Shown: positions 46,191-58,168 of the stretch, piece by piece
How the letters are laid out: each line of letters opens with the position of its first letter
How positions within the stretch are numbered: position 1 is the first letter of the stretch
Virus record (IMG/VR): IMGVR_UViG_3300025389_001172
Span: 1-64,000 of that record
Length of the DNA: 64,000 nt
Strand: one strand, 5' to 3'
DNA from: a virus
Taxonomy: Duplodnaviria > Caudoviricetes
Translations under genes and position numbers: made by a program
The notes under the pieces: model-generated
Database searches by the model: none
What the model was told of the DNA's origin: nothing
The model's input: only the letters and a program-made list of their open reading frames with translations

Positions 46191-49100
46191 TATTTTTCCT
46201 TATTTTTCATTCTACAATCTTCGATCACACGAGCCGGGAAGTCTGGATGCCATCCTCCGATCAGCATGCGGCAATCATAACGTACTTCTACGGTATGTGA
46301 CTCTGTATAATTTATGGCAAAGATCAATCCGCAACAGATCAAGGCCACACCCGAACTCAACATCAATATCAATTTCATCGTTCTAGCTTTCTCAGTCGTA
46401 GGCTGATATCTCTGTCTTCTGTGGTTAAACGATTTTCCATCTCAGTGATCTTCCTATTCAATCTGCGTATGAGAACATGGGCATATACTATGCCCACGAC
46501 TACTAGGGTAAATGTCAGACCCCATCCGGCGATGATGCCCACGACCCAATCCCAGAGTCCGTTTACTTCGCTTATGGTCTGTTCCAGTGTTTCTACTATC
46601 ATTCTTCCCCCCATCCTGGTGTGTTATAGTGTCGTACATAGGTATGTCTCTCGAGAAACTGTTCTTGTAGAGTCACAAATATTTTCTCTCCATCAGCATA
46701 CTTGTATTCTATCATGCTACCGTAGATCTTCTGTGTGAATACTTCTCGACCCTCGGCGTCAAGATATATCTGATAGGCCAGTAGTTTTGTCATGTTCTTC
46801 CTCTGCGTATTCACCGTAGCCCATGTATTGTGAGACCATGTCGCACATACATGAGAAACAGGTTGGACAGAATGCCATGGGCAGGATTCCGAAGTCTCCT
46901 TCTACTCCACCTTCATCATCTGAGTATTCACAGCCACAGGCATTGCACTTGTGTGTATCCTCTTTCTTTTCTTGATCGTATCGCTTGACCATAGCATAGA
47001 GTGGATCCAGCCGATCCTGGAATATCTGTGGAGCAAGGTCGCTGACTCTCTCCATATCGTAGGCAGAGGGATAGTGTCTCAAGGCACTCTGGGCACGCTG
47101 TCTGATTGCCGTAGGCACTCTTGGAGTTCGCTGTGGCACTACTAGATCAACTAGCAAATTGTGGGCCTGCATTACGGCACGGTATCTTTCATCTGGTAAG
47201 GTCATCGGCTTCTTTCTTTATCTCTGCTTTAATAAGTGTTACCATATCTCTTACCTTGGATAAGAGTTTTTGTCCTTCGATAGCATGATGCCAGGCCTGG
47301 TTCTCTAGTTCTCCTAGTATCTTTTCAAGTTCTTTTAAGGTCATAGTATGTCATTCTTTAGGCTATCGGTTAGGAATTCTGCACGTTTCTTGTTTCGGGC
47401 TTCCTGGCAGGGCTCACAGGTAGTATGTACCCAACTACTGTTCCAATCTGTTTTAGCAACGGAGCCACAGGATTCGCAGGTGACCTCTGACATGGATTCT
47501 GCCATGGATACCAATCCACGGACGTAGTCGTCGCCACCTCTATAATAAAATCTCAGAGTACCAAACTTTTCTTTGATCTGTTCTACCACTACCTGTGCCA
47601 CTAGTTCACTATCTCGATTCTTCCAATCGATATGGCGTTGGATGAGGCCGCATAGATGATCCAGTATATTGAACCAACCATCTCCGCAGGCGAGGCCCCA
47701 GCACATTGCAGTCTCGGTCATTGGTAGGTCGCGTTCTATGAACAGTTTTGGATACTTATTACATAGATAATCGTCTAGTTCTTGTTTCATATTGTTACTA
47801 TCTCCATAGTTCCTATACCGCTTTCTTCCAATTGTTTTCGGTAGGTTTCATAAACTCCGCTGGTATAGGCACTCATACCTTCGGCACCCTTGATGCATTT
47901 ATATACAGACCCCGACGATCCAACTATATCATAGTAGTCACCTTGGTCGATGACCTTTTCTATACCCGAGTTCATCCTCCAGGAATCTGATCCGGCAAAC
48001 CCGCCATACCACGAACCTAACACTTTACGAATCCGGCCGTGTTCGGGGCTGTTGATTTCTACGATGATCCAACGGTCTGGTGTATATTCGCTCATACCTG
48101 TTCTCTCTTTATATGTATGATACAGCTTGGTGTTGCTACAGGTTGGACCCAGTTTCGTATGGCTCCTGCATTTATCCTACTGGCGTCTCCTTGTGTGGGC
48201 CCAACCAATGCACCTCGTTCTACATTGTTATAATAGATACTATTATGTCCAGGATACCAAAACTGATAAGGGTTAATCTTCATAATATATATTATAACAG
48301 ATTTTCTATGATTTGTCAAACCAATGATCGAAATGCTTTCCTAGTAATTCAGCCGCATCATCATAGCCATTAGCACGTAGCTCACGCTGGCACTCTTCTA
48401 CCACACCAAATCCATAACGCACACTCTGTTGATGCCACAAGGGGCTTTGGTGTATGCCAAAATGTGTATCTTCAGCTATTTGATTTATCTTCTTGTTGCT
48501 CTTCATTCCAATAGTCTCCAAGTTTAGTCGCTAATTCATCATAGCCCTGTTCGTCGATGAACACACAGCTTTCCAATATGATCAGATTGGCCAAGTCTAT
48601 GAGTTCTTCTCCTGTCCAAGCGGCACAGTTATAGGGCCAGTCACCTTTGTATATTTCCTTGGCCTGCTTGTTACAGCGTTCGGCCAGTTCCTTGATTCTT
48701 TTATTCATACTGGTCCTTTTGATTCAAATCCACACTTGTATCCTGCTTGATGTTCCCAAGTCAGCAGTCCTGCTCTTGGTGAGTCGGGATTAGCACACAC
48801 TCCCCAATCTGCGTCTAGCTCTCGCCAATGACGACACCCACTGGAACAATCTGGATAGTCTTTGTCGGAATCAGCCCAACGCTCTACTAGGCCTCCATAA
48901 TCTGAGTAATCACTGGGCAGACGTTTCAGCACAGTCCACAATGGGTCGTTCATTCTTCAACTCCAAAATGTAGTTTAATCTTCTTGCTATTCTTTTCAAA
49001 TTCTTTTAAGGCCAAATCGCTCGTGTAACATTCTTCCGTCCACAATGACTCGGCACATTCTTTCACAATCAACTCAGCAAACTTTTCGAACCATTGATTT

Positions 49101-49729
49101 TGGTAATCAAGTTTTTCACCATTATTGAGTTCACCATAATGTCTGGCCTCCCAATCAATTTTAGGTTGTGATTGTTTGACAAGTTGTTTAATTCGTTCGT
49201 TCATTTGTTGACCTTATAAAATTTATCCAGAGTACCTTCATGCACCCTGTGATTCTTGTTAGATGATCCTTCATTTACTTTAACAGAATTCCAATGTCCG
49301 TTTCCATTGTGTCGAGATGTAAGTCTGATTTTAACTGAACTTGTAACAGATTCGAGTATCATACCAGCTCGATATTTCACGATTCGACTCCTCTTGTGTA
49401 TTTCATCTGCATAATAAAATACATTATATCTTGTTTTGTTTCATAATTCAATGGCCGACCTTCAAGAATAACCGCATCAATCAAATTATACAAATCTTCA
49501 ATGTCATTAAGTATGTGCATTATTCAACTCCAAAATGTCGTTGTATTCTGCGTACCAGAGTCTGTACCAACTCAGGCGGATGAGCGTGTGGTGGATTCGT
49601 ACGGACTCCGGTTAAGACCTGTTCCACACATTCGGCCACAATCAACTCGGCCAACTTCTGCCCACGTCCTGCCATTTCGGGTGCCGCATAACCGGCTTCC
49701 AACATCAGTTCTCTCAATCTCGCGTTCAT
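46190..49729 (-). CDS. Array of small hypothetical genes including a paralog family (MN.RI.EL...AELIV.EC...HFGVE)
   Basis: Coupled ORFs (46759-47205, 47341-47790, 47787-48095, 48306-48521, 48472-48708, 48705-48953, 48950-49204, 49520-49729 and others). Confidence 0.55.
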
Positions 49730-50916
49730 TTATACACCTTTAGGATAACCACATCGTCTGACATACGTCCGTTGAGATTCGTCTCTGTGGTCTTCACTGT
49801 CTTCTGGAACCAGGTTTCGAAACGCTTCTGCGTGTTCTGATCTTTGAATTCTCGGATCTGTAGTTCAGGTTTGCGCAGAGTCTTCTGTACGCTCTTGTCT
49901 GTGAAGTTGCTGAGCGAGCTGTTCTTAACCACTAACCCTGCACTATTCAATGCTATATAGTAGCCTATCTTGCGTGTGCGTGTATTGTAGACTACACAGC
50001 CTTGTGCACCTACTATGGTGGCCGGCGGTACTGATGTGACGCCCAACTTGTCATCACCTACTTTGAACTTCAGCTTCTTTACTATTTCTTCTGCGGGTTT
50101 GGCCTTCTTGGCACGAGGCTTTTTAAGCACCTTGGCTTCTGCGGCGATCTGATCACAGGCCGCCATGACCAAACTGTAGAACTCTATCAGCTTTTTAACG
50201 TTCTTGCGATTGTTATGTGAGTAGGCTTCACGCAGTTGTTCATCGGCTTCACCACTGGCCAGTTCCAATAACTCATCGTAGCCTGTCTTGAAATAGGCTT
50301 TGATAAAACGAGAATGAGCGGCTTTGGCACCTTTACCACGCAGGAGATTGGTCATCTTGAACTCTTTTGGATCAAAGGCTTCTGGATCAGCTATCCAACT
50401 GTCTATGGCATAGTCGATCTCTTCGCTCATATCACCTGCGGCTTCACGGAGTCTATCCTGTATAGTCACCACCGGAGCCTGGGCTACTGCTTTTTTATCT
50501 TCTACTACGACCTCAACGTCCCACTTACCAGCTTCAATCGTTTTGGCGATCTCACCACGCAACCATTCTGCTGTGTCTTTACCACCGTTGAAATCTGCTC
50601 TCACAGTGGGCATACCCTTGATCAGGCAGGCGGCGATAGCACCCATAGTGCCCGAACAACGATAATCTTTGGTACGTTTGAATGCGTCAATTTCGTCTTT
50701 AGAGTAGTCATTACGGCCCATCCAATCTATGACCTTGGGCTTGAGATCCTTGCTGGATTTCTCCAAACGATACCAAGTCATAGCAGAGTGGAACTTCTTA
50801 AGGTATTCACCTTCTGTGAGTTTTTCAACATCGTCCCACTTTGGGCTCAGGTCTTTACCACGATTTTCTCGTAGGGTCTGTACTGCGTCTTTGGGTTTAA
50901 CTGCTCTTGTTGCCAT
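49726..50916 (-). CDS. Conserved phage hypothetical protein (396 aa)
   Basis: Long ORF, GGAG RBS, TTGACT-17-TATAAT promoter upstream. Confidence 0.7.
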   Translation of the reverse strand: MATRAVKPKDAVQTLRENRGKDLSPKWDDVEKLTEGEYLKKFHSAMTWYRLEKSSKDLKPKVIDWMGRNDYSKDEIDAFKRTKDYRCSGTMGAIAACLIKGMPTVRADFNGGKDTAEWLRGEIAKTIEAGKWDVEVVVEDKKAVAQAPVVTIQDRLREAAGDMSEEIDYAIDSWIADPEAFDPKEFKMTNLLRGKGAKAAHSRFIKAYFKTGYDELLELASGEADEQLREAYSHNNRKNVKKLIEFYSLVMAACDQIAAEAKVLKKPRAKKAKPAEEIVKKLKFKVGDDKLGVTSVPPATIVGAQGCVVYNTRTRKIGYYIALNSAGLVVKNSSLSNFTDKSVQKTLRKPELQIREFKDQNTQKRFETWFQKTVKTTETNLNGRMSDDVVILKVYK

Positions 50917-50984
50917 ATCGTCTGCTCCTAAAATTAAACTATACTTATATTATACGGTATATTTGGTAAAAAGTCAAGCAGAAT

Positions 50985-52757
50985 TTAGTCTTCCCAAGGT
51001 ATAGGAACCCATCCTAACTGTTTGAAATCATTGGCGATTTCTTCAGTTACTACACCCTCAGCCACATAACCCACACCTCGATCAGCGGATAATCCGTAGC
51101 CTTTATCAGTATCTCCTATTCCCGAACAGTACCAACTCAAATAGTCGCCCTCTCCTGTAATATCTGACACGATACGTCCGGCCGCTCGCCAACTACAGCT
51201 CCAGAGATCGTCTTTCAGTATGGACATAGTGTCTTGGGCAGAATCGCCTGAGATCTTGCACCAACGCATATTACACAGGGCCGCATAGATATTTTGGGCA
51301 TAGTATCTGAGTTCTCGTGCCCTTGATACTATATATTCGGAATTTTCCAGATCTTCTGCTAGGTCCATAAGGCATCTCGTATCTTGATCAGTCGGATCAT
51401 CATGGCCTCGTCTTCAGCTTCGTATTCAGCTTCCATTTTGGTGAGCTGTTTATGGGCACGATCGTATTCTTTCTTCAGCTCTTTTGGTGTGGCAAAAGAA
51501 AGACGCCCACCGTTGATCTCACGAGCACGCTCACAAATAGCAGTCCAACCGCTCGCCTCATAGGGATCTGGCCTGCAGACTCGAGTACACTTCCACCAGG
51601 TATAGAGATCAAGTATCTCCTGTGCTCTTATAGCCTGTGGTGTAGGTTTACCGTAGAGTTTATGATCTTCCCCTACTCCGTCACCTTCTCCGTGAGTCAG
51701 CTTAATTTGCCAATCGAGATTATCCAATCCAGCCTGTGCAGATCTCCATGTACGCCAGCGGAACCAACCACGGGCCCAAAAAGGAGCCTGATACTTTTTG
51801 CCTGCTTCTTTGTCCCAAGCTATGTGCCACCAGGCTAATTCTACCTCAACAAAATCAACAAGCTCGTTAAAAAGACAAGGTAAAAAACGATTGCCCACAT
51901 CACACCAAGTACCAGGCTTGATATCACGATTATGGGCAGTAAGACTATGAGTTCTAGTAACCCAACGATTATTGATATAATACTTGAGATCATAGATCCT
52001 CCTTGGTATATACATTATGATATCTTGTAGACGGTCAAGTCCGGTCTCAGCTATCCAATAGCGTACAGGTGAGGCTTTACGGGCTTCATCTTCCCAAGAT
52101 CCCCAAGCGTCTAATTCCATTGCATATGGCTTCGCGGTACCGCGGATCCAATCTGCTAGCCTACTATTTGACCAATATTCTCTCATTTTGCTTTCCTAAA
52201 TTCTTCTACATCTTCTACAGCGTCTTGTAGTATTGTAGCATAATTCATGGCCTGTTGTCTATCCATAATGATGTTCGATTCATATTTTATGTAACCCTTG
52301 GTCAACAGACGCCAAATATGGTGCCAACGGGTCCGGCTCCACCAATTAGTTTTACTTGTGGTATAGACAGTTACAGTAACGCCTGATTCATCTGCTTCGA
52401 CGAATATGTCATGGTTGTGATCATCCTGACCACACTCGCAGACTACCTTATACTGTTTGGCATCACCCCAATCATTTTTGATTAAGACGCCACGGGCTGG
52501 TTTTTCTGCTTTCATAATCATCCTCTTAATCCTGTACTGGTACGTGTTATCGCAGGTCCAGCTGATTCGAAATCCATACCAGCTGAGCGACCTTCGTAGT
52601 ATCTACCATTCCATTTCATAGATATCTTCACAGCCTTATTTACTATGACATTGAGTTTGACCTTGTCCTCAAAGGATTCTACCACTGCGGTAGTTTCTTT
52701 TGAGCTCTTGGCCATTTTGATCGTGCAGGTTTCTGCGTGGCGTACTATTTCACTCAT
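50985..52757 (-). CDS. Hypothetical proteins (50985-51368, 51359-52186, 52183-52521, 52518-52757)
   Basis: Translationally coupled ORFs. Confidence 0.6.
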
Positions 52758-53410
52758 TATTTTTTCTCAAAGTAAACATTTAATTCATTACCCATATGAT
52801 CATTTGATTCGATCTCGGTTATGGTAAATCCTTTTGATTCTAGGTATTCGCAGACATCATCTACGAAGTTTGTGCTTTCTTTATATAACTTGATTTCTTG
52901 ATCTCTTGCACACTCGATTTTACCAGTACGGATTAGATTGATATAGTCTCCCATCCCTTTGAGTACCTTGAGATCACTGCCCTGTGTATCACAATGGAAA
53001 AAATCTATATGATCTAGATCTGGTATGTTGTCTTTTATCCATGTGTCTAATCTGGATACCTTGACTGTGATTGAGCCCACGGCTGACAATTCATCTACCC
53101 TAGGAACTCCTTCAGCACTTAACCAATATTTTTCGATGGCTTCTTTATCGAATTGATTTAACGAGTTACAGCCCATTCCTGGATTATTCTGTATGAAGAA
53201 TTCAGCCTCGCCGTCGAATTCCTCGATAGCAGATTCTACCACAGTATATCTATCGCTGAAACTTCTGCTGGCATTTTTTAGGTGATTGGCTATATGGGGA
53301 GTGGGTTCAAAGGCCCAAACTACCACATTAGAGTCTTTCGCGCAGTTAGGAAGGCTGTCATCTCCCCAATTGGCTCCTACGTCAAACAACACGTAATTTG
53401 TTTCAAACAT
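52757..53410 (-). CDS. FkbM-family SAM methyltransferase
   Basis: FDVGANWG, AFEP, RLD, HCDTQGSDLKVLKG. Confidence 0.85.
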   Translation of the reverse strand: MFETNYVLFDVGANWGDDSLPNCAKDSNVVVWAFEPTPHIANHLKNASRSFSDRYTVVESAIEEFDGEAEFFIQNNPGMGCNSLNQFDKEAIEKYWLSAEGVPRVDELSAVGSITVKVSRLDTWIKDNIPDLDHIDFFHCDTQGSDLKVLKGMGDYINLIRTGKIECARDQEIKLYKESTNFVDDVCEYLESKGFTITEIESNDHMGNELNVYFEKK

Positions 53411-54501
53411 CGGTCTTTCCCCATCTTAAATAAAATTCAGTTAGTTTCTTCTCTTCTAGTTCAGCCAGGATATAATAGGTCCAACCCCAGAGCATGGGAT
53501 TCTGTATCCTTTCCCATCTCGGTTTGATCACAGCGTTATCCATGATCCACTTGCCTGCATCTGTTTGTTGCCAGTTCCAGATAGGTTCTGCCACCATAAG
53601 ATCTGGATCCTCGACATCGCCCATATTGATCTTGTGTACGATGACTTCTCTTATTTTACGCACAGTGGTATCATCACCAGGATCTAATTCGTACCTTACT
53701 CTGCCCATTTCAGTGCGAACAAGGTAGCCTGATGTGGATCTTCGAACTTGAATTTGAATGTACCCCACTGATGGCCGATCATTTCAATCTCCCATCCATC
53801 CTCAGAAAACTCGTCTATGCACCACTGGGTAGCGTGTAATGCTCTAGTGTTGGTGACGATGAACTCGGTCACACCTTTTTCCTACGATTGAAGTTTCTAC
53901 GATTACCTGTTCTAGGTTTATTCTCTTTGACCATTAATGGTGCGTGTTCTACGGCCTTTTGGCTACGTTCCAGTGCGGCATGGATTTCATCTGGGCTAGG
54001 TTCTTCTACGTCCGGAGTTTCATATTCTGGATCATATTCATATCCAGCCTGCGCCATCTTTTTGTTGGCGGCATCCATTTCTGATACAGCGATCATTTCA
54101 CGTAGAGAACCTACAGGTCCCTTACTGTCTTGACTGATGGTATCCCAGCTACGTACTTCTAATAGAGCTTCGATACTACTAGGTACTGATACTACATACT
54201 GTACTTCTGTATATCCATCAGGAGTAAACTCATAAACGATTTTACCCTGGGTGAGTTTGTGGTTATTACGGCTAACACCGTAAATCCACACAGTATCACC
54301 TACTGCATAAGTCTTTTTGATTGTCATATTTTACGCCGCTAATACCGGCTCTTTTGTTTTATTCTCGAGTAGATCTTTGACAAATCGGATAGCTTTACGA
54401 TCAGTGTCATAGACATACTCTTGATCATCGTCACCATTGTCCGTTCTCAGCGTTACGATAACACCATTACATACTTTACGGATTTCTATGGATTCAAACA
54501 T
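53403..54501 (-). CDS. Hypothetical proteins (53403-53708, 53869-54327, 54331-54501)
   Basis: Packed ORFs. Confidence 0.55.
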
Positions 54502-54511
54502 GGTTTCACCT

Positions 54512-55261
54512 TTATTGTGGTACTGACAGATTATAATTAAAATGGAAAATACCGATGTGAGCAGTTTCACGACTTAACTGCTGATCACACCATATCTGAT
54601 ATCCTGCCTTTTGAGCCTGCTGACAGAAATAGATATCCTCACCGATTTCCAAATTCAGTGCGGGGATAAACTCTTGTAGATAATGCGGCTGTGGAATCTT
54701 TTCATAGACTTCACGCTTGGCCATAACCAACCCATGCGGAAGAACATCGATCAATTCCATATCTGGTGAATTGTCTGTGGTCTGGAATTCTGTAAACTGA
54801 CCAGCCCCACCACTCATACCTGTGAAGTTTGGATTTGGAAAACGACGGCGGCGATAGTTGGCACCGACGATTTCTTTGTTACGAGCCAACAATCTCATCG
54901 GAGCATCGATTGGAAACTTCATATCCGAATCTACCCAAAAGATATGACTGAAGTCACTCTTGAGGAAAATGTCTACTAGGTTACGTCGAGCGATTGTGAT
55001 AACTGATCCAATATTAAAAGCACAGTTGATCTTGATGCCATTAGCTACCATATTAGCTGCCGCCATAGCCAAGTGTTGTGCAAACTCCGCATTAACCATT
55101 TCCATAGCAGGCACAGCTATCATCACTGATGGTTTATTTCCACCAGCTACCTGACCTGGTTGGAATGTCTGTCCAGGTTGGAAAGTCTGTCCGGCGGCCT
55201 GCGCTGTAGGACGCTGTGGTACTGGTGGCCGGCTTGGAATGTTTAGTTTGTTCTTTTTCAT
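54512..55261 (-). CDS. GT-A (GT2-like) glycosyltransferase
   Basis: IARRNLV, FWVDSD (DxD), GEDIYFC, HIG. Confidence 0.75.
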   Translation of the reverse strand: MKKNKLNIPSRPPVPQRPTAQAAGQTFQPGQTFQPGQVAGGNKPSVMIAVPAMEMVNAEFAQHLAMAAANMVANGIKINCAFNIGSVITIARRNLVDIFLKSDFSHIFWVDSDMKFPIDAPMRLLARNKEIVGANYRRRRFPNPNFTGMSGGAGQFTEFQTTDNSPDMELIDVLPHGLVMAKREVYEKIPQPHYLQEFIPALNLEIGEDIYFCQQAQKAGYQIWCDQQLSRETAHIGIFHFNYNLSVPQ

Positions 55262-55358
55262 TGTTTACCTTTTATAGTTTATATTATAGCAGAGAATTCC
55301 GCTGTGAGCAATGTTATTATTATTTAAGTTTGCCAAAATATGTATCTGCATCTTTTGG

Positions 55359-56117
55359 TTATCTCGGAGCAAATTCCTGTTGCAGTTTGATATTGTCAAA
55401 GAACTCTTTCTTGGTAGCAGGATCGGTCAAGAACGCACCTTTGAGCACCGTGGTCTGCGTCAATGAACTGTGTGCCATGATTCCTCTATTTTCACAACAT
55501 CCGTGAGTGGCTTGGATGTAGACTCCGACGTTTTCTGAATCTGTTGCTTTTGCAATCTCTCTAGCAATATCGTTGCATAACTCTTCCTGTAAAGTTCCGC
55601 GGCGAGCGCACCACTGAGCAATCCTAGTATATTTGCTAAGTCCAATGAGTTTATTTGCGGCGATGATGCCAATATATGCAACGCCAGCCACAGGTTGGTG
55701 ATGATGACTACACATACTACGCAATTCACTACGTACAACCAACATACCTTCATATCTATCCTCCGAATCATTGGGAAACGCTGTTGCGTCAGGAGCAGGA
55801 TCATATCTACCTGCCATGATTTCGTTGTAATACATTTTAGCTAATCGTCGAGCTGTGCCCTTTGAATTTGGATCGTTCTCTCTATCAATAAGTAGTGCAT
55901 CTAGCACACCTTCAAATGCCACAGTGGCCTGATCAATTAGTTGAGACTTAACTGCATCGTTGTTGACGTACTCGCTGATGTTGTCTCCTGCCCAAAATCT
56001 CTTACCATCTCTCTTCATAGAGTTCCTTAAGACCAGTGCTAGGTTAGGAGCATTTGGATTCTCCCACTCTACTGTTTCGCCTTCTTTGAAATCTTTGTAT
56101 GCTTTATCGTATCCCAT
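55359..56117 (-). CDS. folE: GTP cyclohydrolase I
   Basis: SMCSHH, GLSKYTR, LQEEL, HGCCENRG. Confidence 0.96.
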   Translation of the reverse strand: MGYDKAYKDFKEGETVEWENPNAPNLALVLRNSMKRDGKRFWAGDNISEYVNNDAVKSQLIDQATVAFEGVLDALLIDRENDPNSKGTARRLAKMYYNEIMAGRYDPAPDATAFPNDSEDRYEGMLVVRSELRSMCSHHHQPVAGVAYIGIIAANKLIGLSKYTRIAQWCARRGTLQEELCNDIAREIAKATDSENVGVYIQATHGCCENRGIMAHSSLTQTTVLKGAFLTDPATKKEFFDNIKLQQEFAPR

Positions 56118-56418
56118 TTATTCTCCTGATTGTTTATTTTACGAGATTATTTAGGCGCCTGTCAAGCCCATGAATAATTTTTCACGTTCTGTGATATGGG
56201 CGATTGGTCGGATCCAACCACGCTCCAGTGCCTGCGCTATGATGATGGCATAAGAATTTGGACACTCGCCGTCGATTTCTATACTGGCACGATTGGCGAT
56301 AGTGATGCCATCAACGATTTGATATCCAGGTTCTCCTGGTTTGAGTGAGTGTATCTTGCTTGAAGTGATTGTGAATTCTGTCATAGTGCTACAAGTATAG
56401 CACCTGACTTAGATTATG

Positions 56419-57156
56419 TCAACGCTGAATCCAATCTTTTGGTTGGAAAGGTTTAGAAACTTGACTACGGCTGAGATAATATATCGAACGCTTTTTGATC
56501 TTCTTGACCACTCGATGGTTTTGATCATAGTTAAACGTCTTGAGATAACTGCACCAAGTATCATAGCTACGCCTACGCTTGCCCTTCTGCTCTTGGTTGA
56601 GATAGTTCACGATTTGGGTCATATCGTCTCCGAACCTGTCTTTGAGTTCGCAGGCCATGTTGAAGGCATAGGCATCGATTTCATCCGAATCACCAAAATA
56701 TTCCTGCTGTTCTCTCAGCTTGGTGCTCTGTGCTGTAGAGCTGTATCCAGGTAATTCTTTGAATTTACGCTTGCGGGCCTGGCGCATATGGATGATTTCG
56801 TGTAGGATCACGTCAGCGATACGCCAGCATAATCGGTTAAATCTACGGGTAGTGAGGCATAGACTGGTGTCAGTTGGGCAATAGGCAAAACTGACTTCTA
56901 TACTCTTGAGTCTATCTATGTCATGTTGGGTATGGTAAACACCGCCTACGAAGGCATACGTGGGGGAAACCTGTGGTTCTCGACTCTTAGTGACTCTAAC
57001 AGGCATAGATCTTTTGAGATGATTGCCCATGATAGTATGGAAACGATCTATAGTGAGTTCTTGATTAGCAATACGATCTTTGACTTCGCTGACCATCTGG
57101 GCTATAGATTCTCTATCCCATTGTGTCCAATCGTAGCGAGCAGGTCTGCTAAACAT
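56419..57156 (-). CDS. Zincin-motif protein
   Basis: LHEIIH (HExxH) plus downstream EIDAYA. Confidence 0.6.
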   Translation of the reverse strand: MFSRPARYDWTQWDRESIAQMVSEVKDRIANQELTIDRFHTIMGNHLKRSMPVRVTKSREPQVSPTYAFVGGVYHTQHDIDRLKSIEVSFAYCPTDTSLCLTTRRFNRLCWRIADVILHEIIHMRQARKRKFKELPGYSSTAQSTKLREQQEYFGDSDEIDAYAFNMACELKDRFGDDMTQIVNYLNQEQKGKRRRSYDTWCSYLKTFNYDQNHRVVKKIKKRSIYYLSRSQVSKPFQPKDWIQR

Positions 57157-57245
57157 GATCTTCTCCTATATAACTTATTTATTTACTATGTATTGCTAGT
57201 ATGTTACAGTTTTTGGAGTATTTCAAACTTTATCTACCCACAGAA

Positions 57246-57358
57246 TGATGCGGTTGGCAGGGTTTGAACCTGCAAGAGTAACGTGTCTAAGACTTTACCC
57301 CATCCCGCAACGGCTCGAAACCGTATTTTGGAGGTCTTCCAATTCCACTCACAACCGC
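57246..57358 (-). ncRNA. tRNA-like RNA with enlarged anticodon and variable region
   Basis: Acceptor GCGGUUG/CAACCGC, Leu-type D arm, T arm GCAGG-UUCAAAC-CCUGC; own TTGACA-17-TATACT promoter. Confidence 0.6.
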
Positions 57359-57394
57359 ACTATTAGTATATAGCACAGTTGTGAAGGTGTCAAA

Positions 57395-57628
57395 CTATTT
57401 GATTTTATTGATGATGTCGGTGTCGAATTCACCGTTTTGAAGCTCGAGTAGAGCTGTGATTATGGGACGTTGATGTTCCGGCTGTTGGCTAGTACGATGT
57501 GTATGACGGATTTCACGGGCTCTGGCCGCGGCCATGATGCACATATCATATCTGCTGTTACCTGCTCCAGCGACACATTTCTGCATGTCTATGCTGGCAA
57601 CTTTGTTTTCGAACTCTATCCTAGACAT
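57395..57628 (-). CDS. rpoZ: RNA polymerase omega subunit homologue
   Basis: SRYDMCIMAAARAREI...PIITALLEL matches RY.L...AA.RAR.L...KP...AL.EI. Confidence 0.7.
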   Translation of the reverse strand: MSRIEFENKVASIDMQKCVAGAGNSRYDMCIMAAARAREIRHTHRTSQQPEHQRPIITALLELQNGEFDTDIINKIK

Positions 57629-57809
57629 TTTTAGCCATCCTTACGTTTAATTGAACCCGTTTTACTGCCTGATGAGCCTGTTCTTTGAGAGCTCGCATGT
57701 CATGGGCGATCTTGTCACGCTTTTCGCTCTTGCTCAACTGCCCTGCTAATGTCTTGCTCAATTGGGTACTGTCCTGCTTTTTAGGTTTCTTATCTGCCAT
57801 GGTGTATCC

Positions 57810-58043
57810 TTATTGTGGTTGTGCTTCTAGAGTAGATACGATTTCTTCTACGATTGCTTCTATGGGTTTAACATAGCCCGGGCGGCTCTTGAGTTCTCTC
57901 AGACGATTGAGGATCTTTGATTTTTCTTTTGGTCTAGCAGTTTTCTCTAGCATAGATTCCAACTGCTGGATGTTGAGGGGACCTAGGCGTGTTTTGCCAG
58001 TCTTGGTCTTCATTGGGTCTGACTTTCTATTTTTCTGTGACAT
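57810..58043 (-). CDS. Hypothetical basic protein
   Basis: 77 aa, AAGGAG RBS. Confidence 0.55.
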   Translation of the reverse strand: MSQKNRKSDPMKTKTGKTRLGPLNIQQLESMLEKTARPKEKSKILNRLRELKSRPGYVKPIEAIVEEIVSTLEAQPQ

Positions 58044-58081
58044 ACTACTCCTTTGTTAAACTTTTGATTCTAAATTCTGTT

Positions 58082-58168
58082 TGGTGGGGAAGGTCGGACT
58101 CGAACCGACACGCCACTAAGGACCCTTGCTTCTAAGGCAAAGAAGACTACCAATTCCATCACTCCCCC
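58082..58168 (-). tRNA. tRNA-Leu(TAG)
   Basis: Cloverleaf with long variable arm, CT-TAG-AA loop, encoded CCA. Confidence 0.9.
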
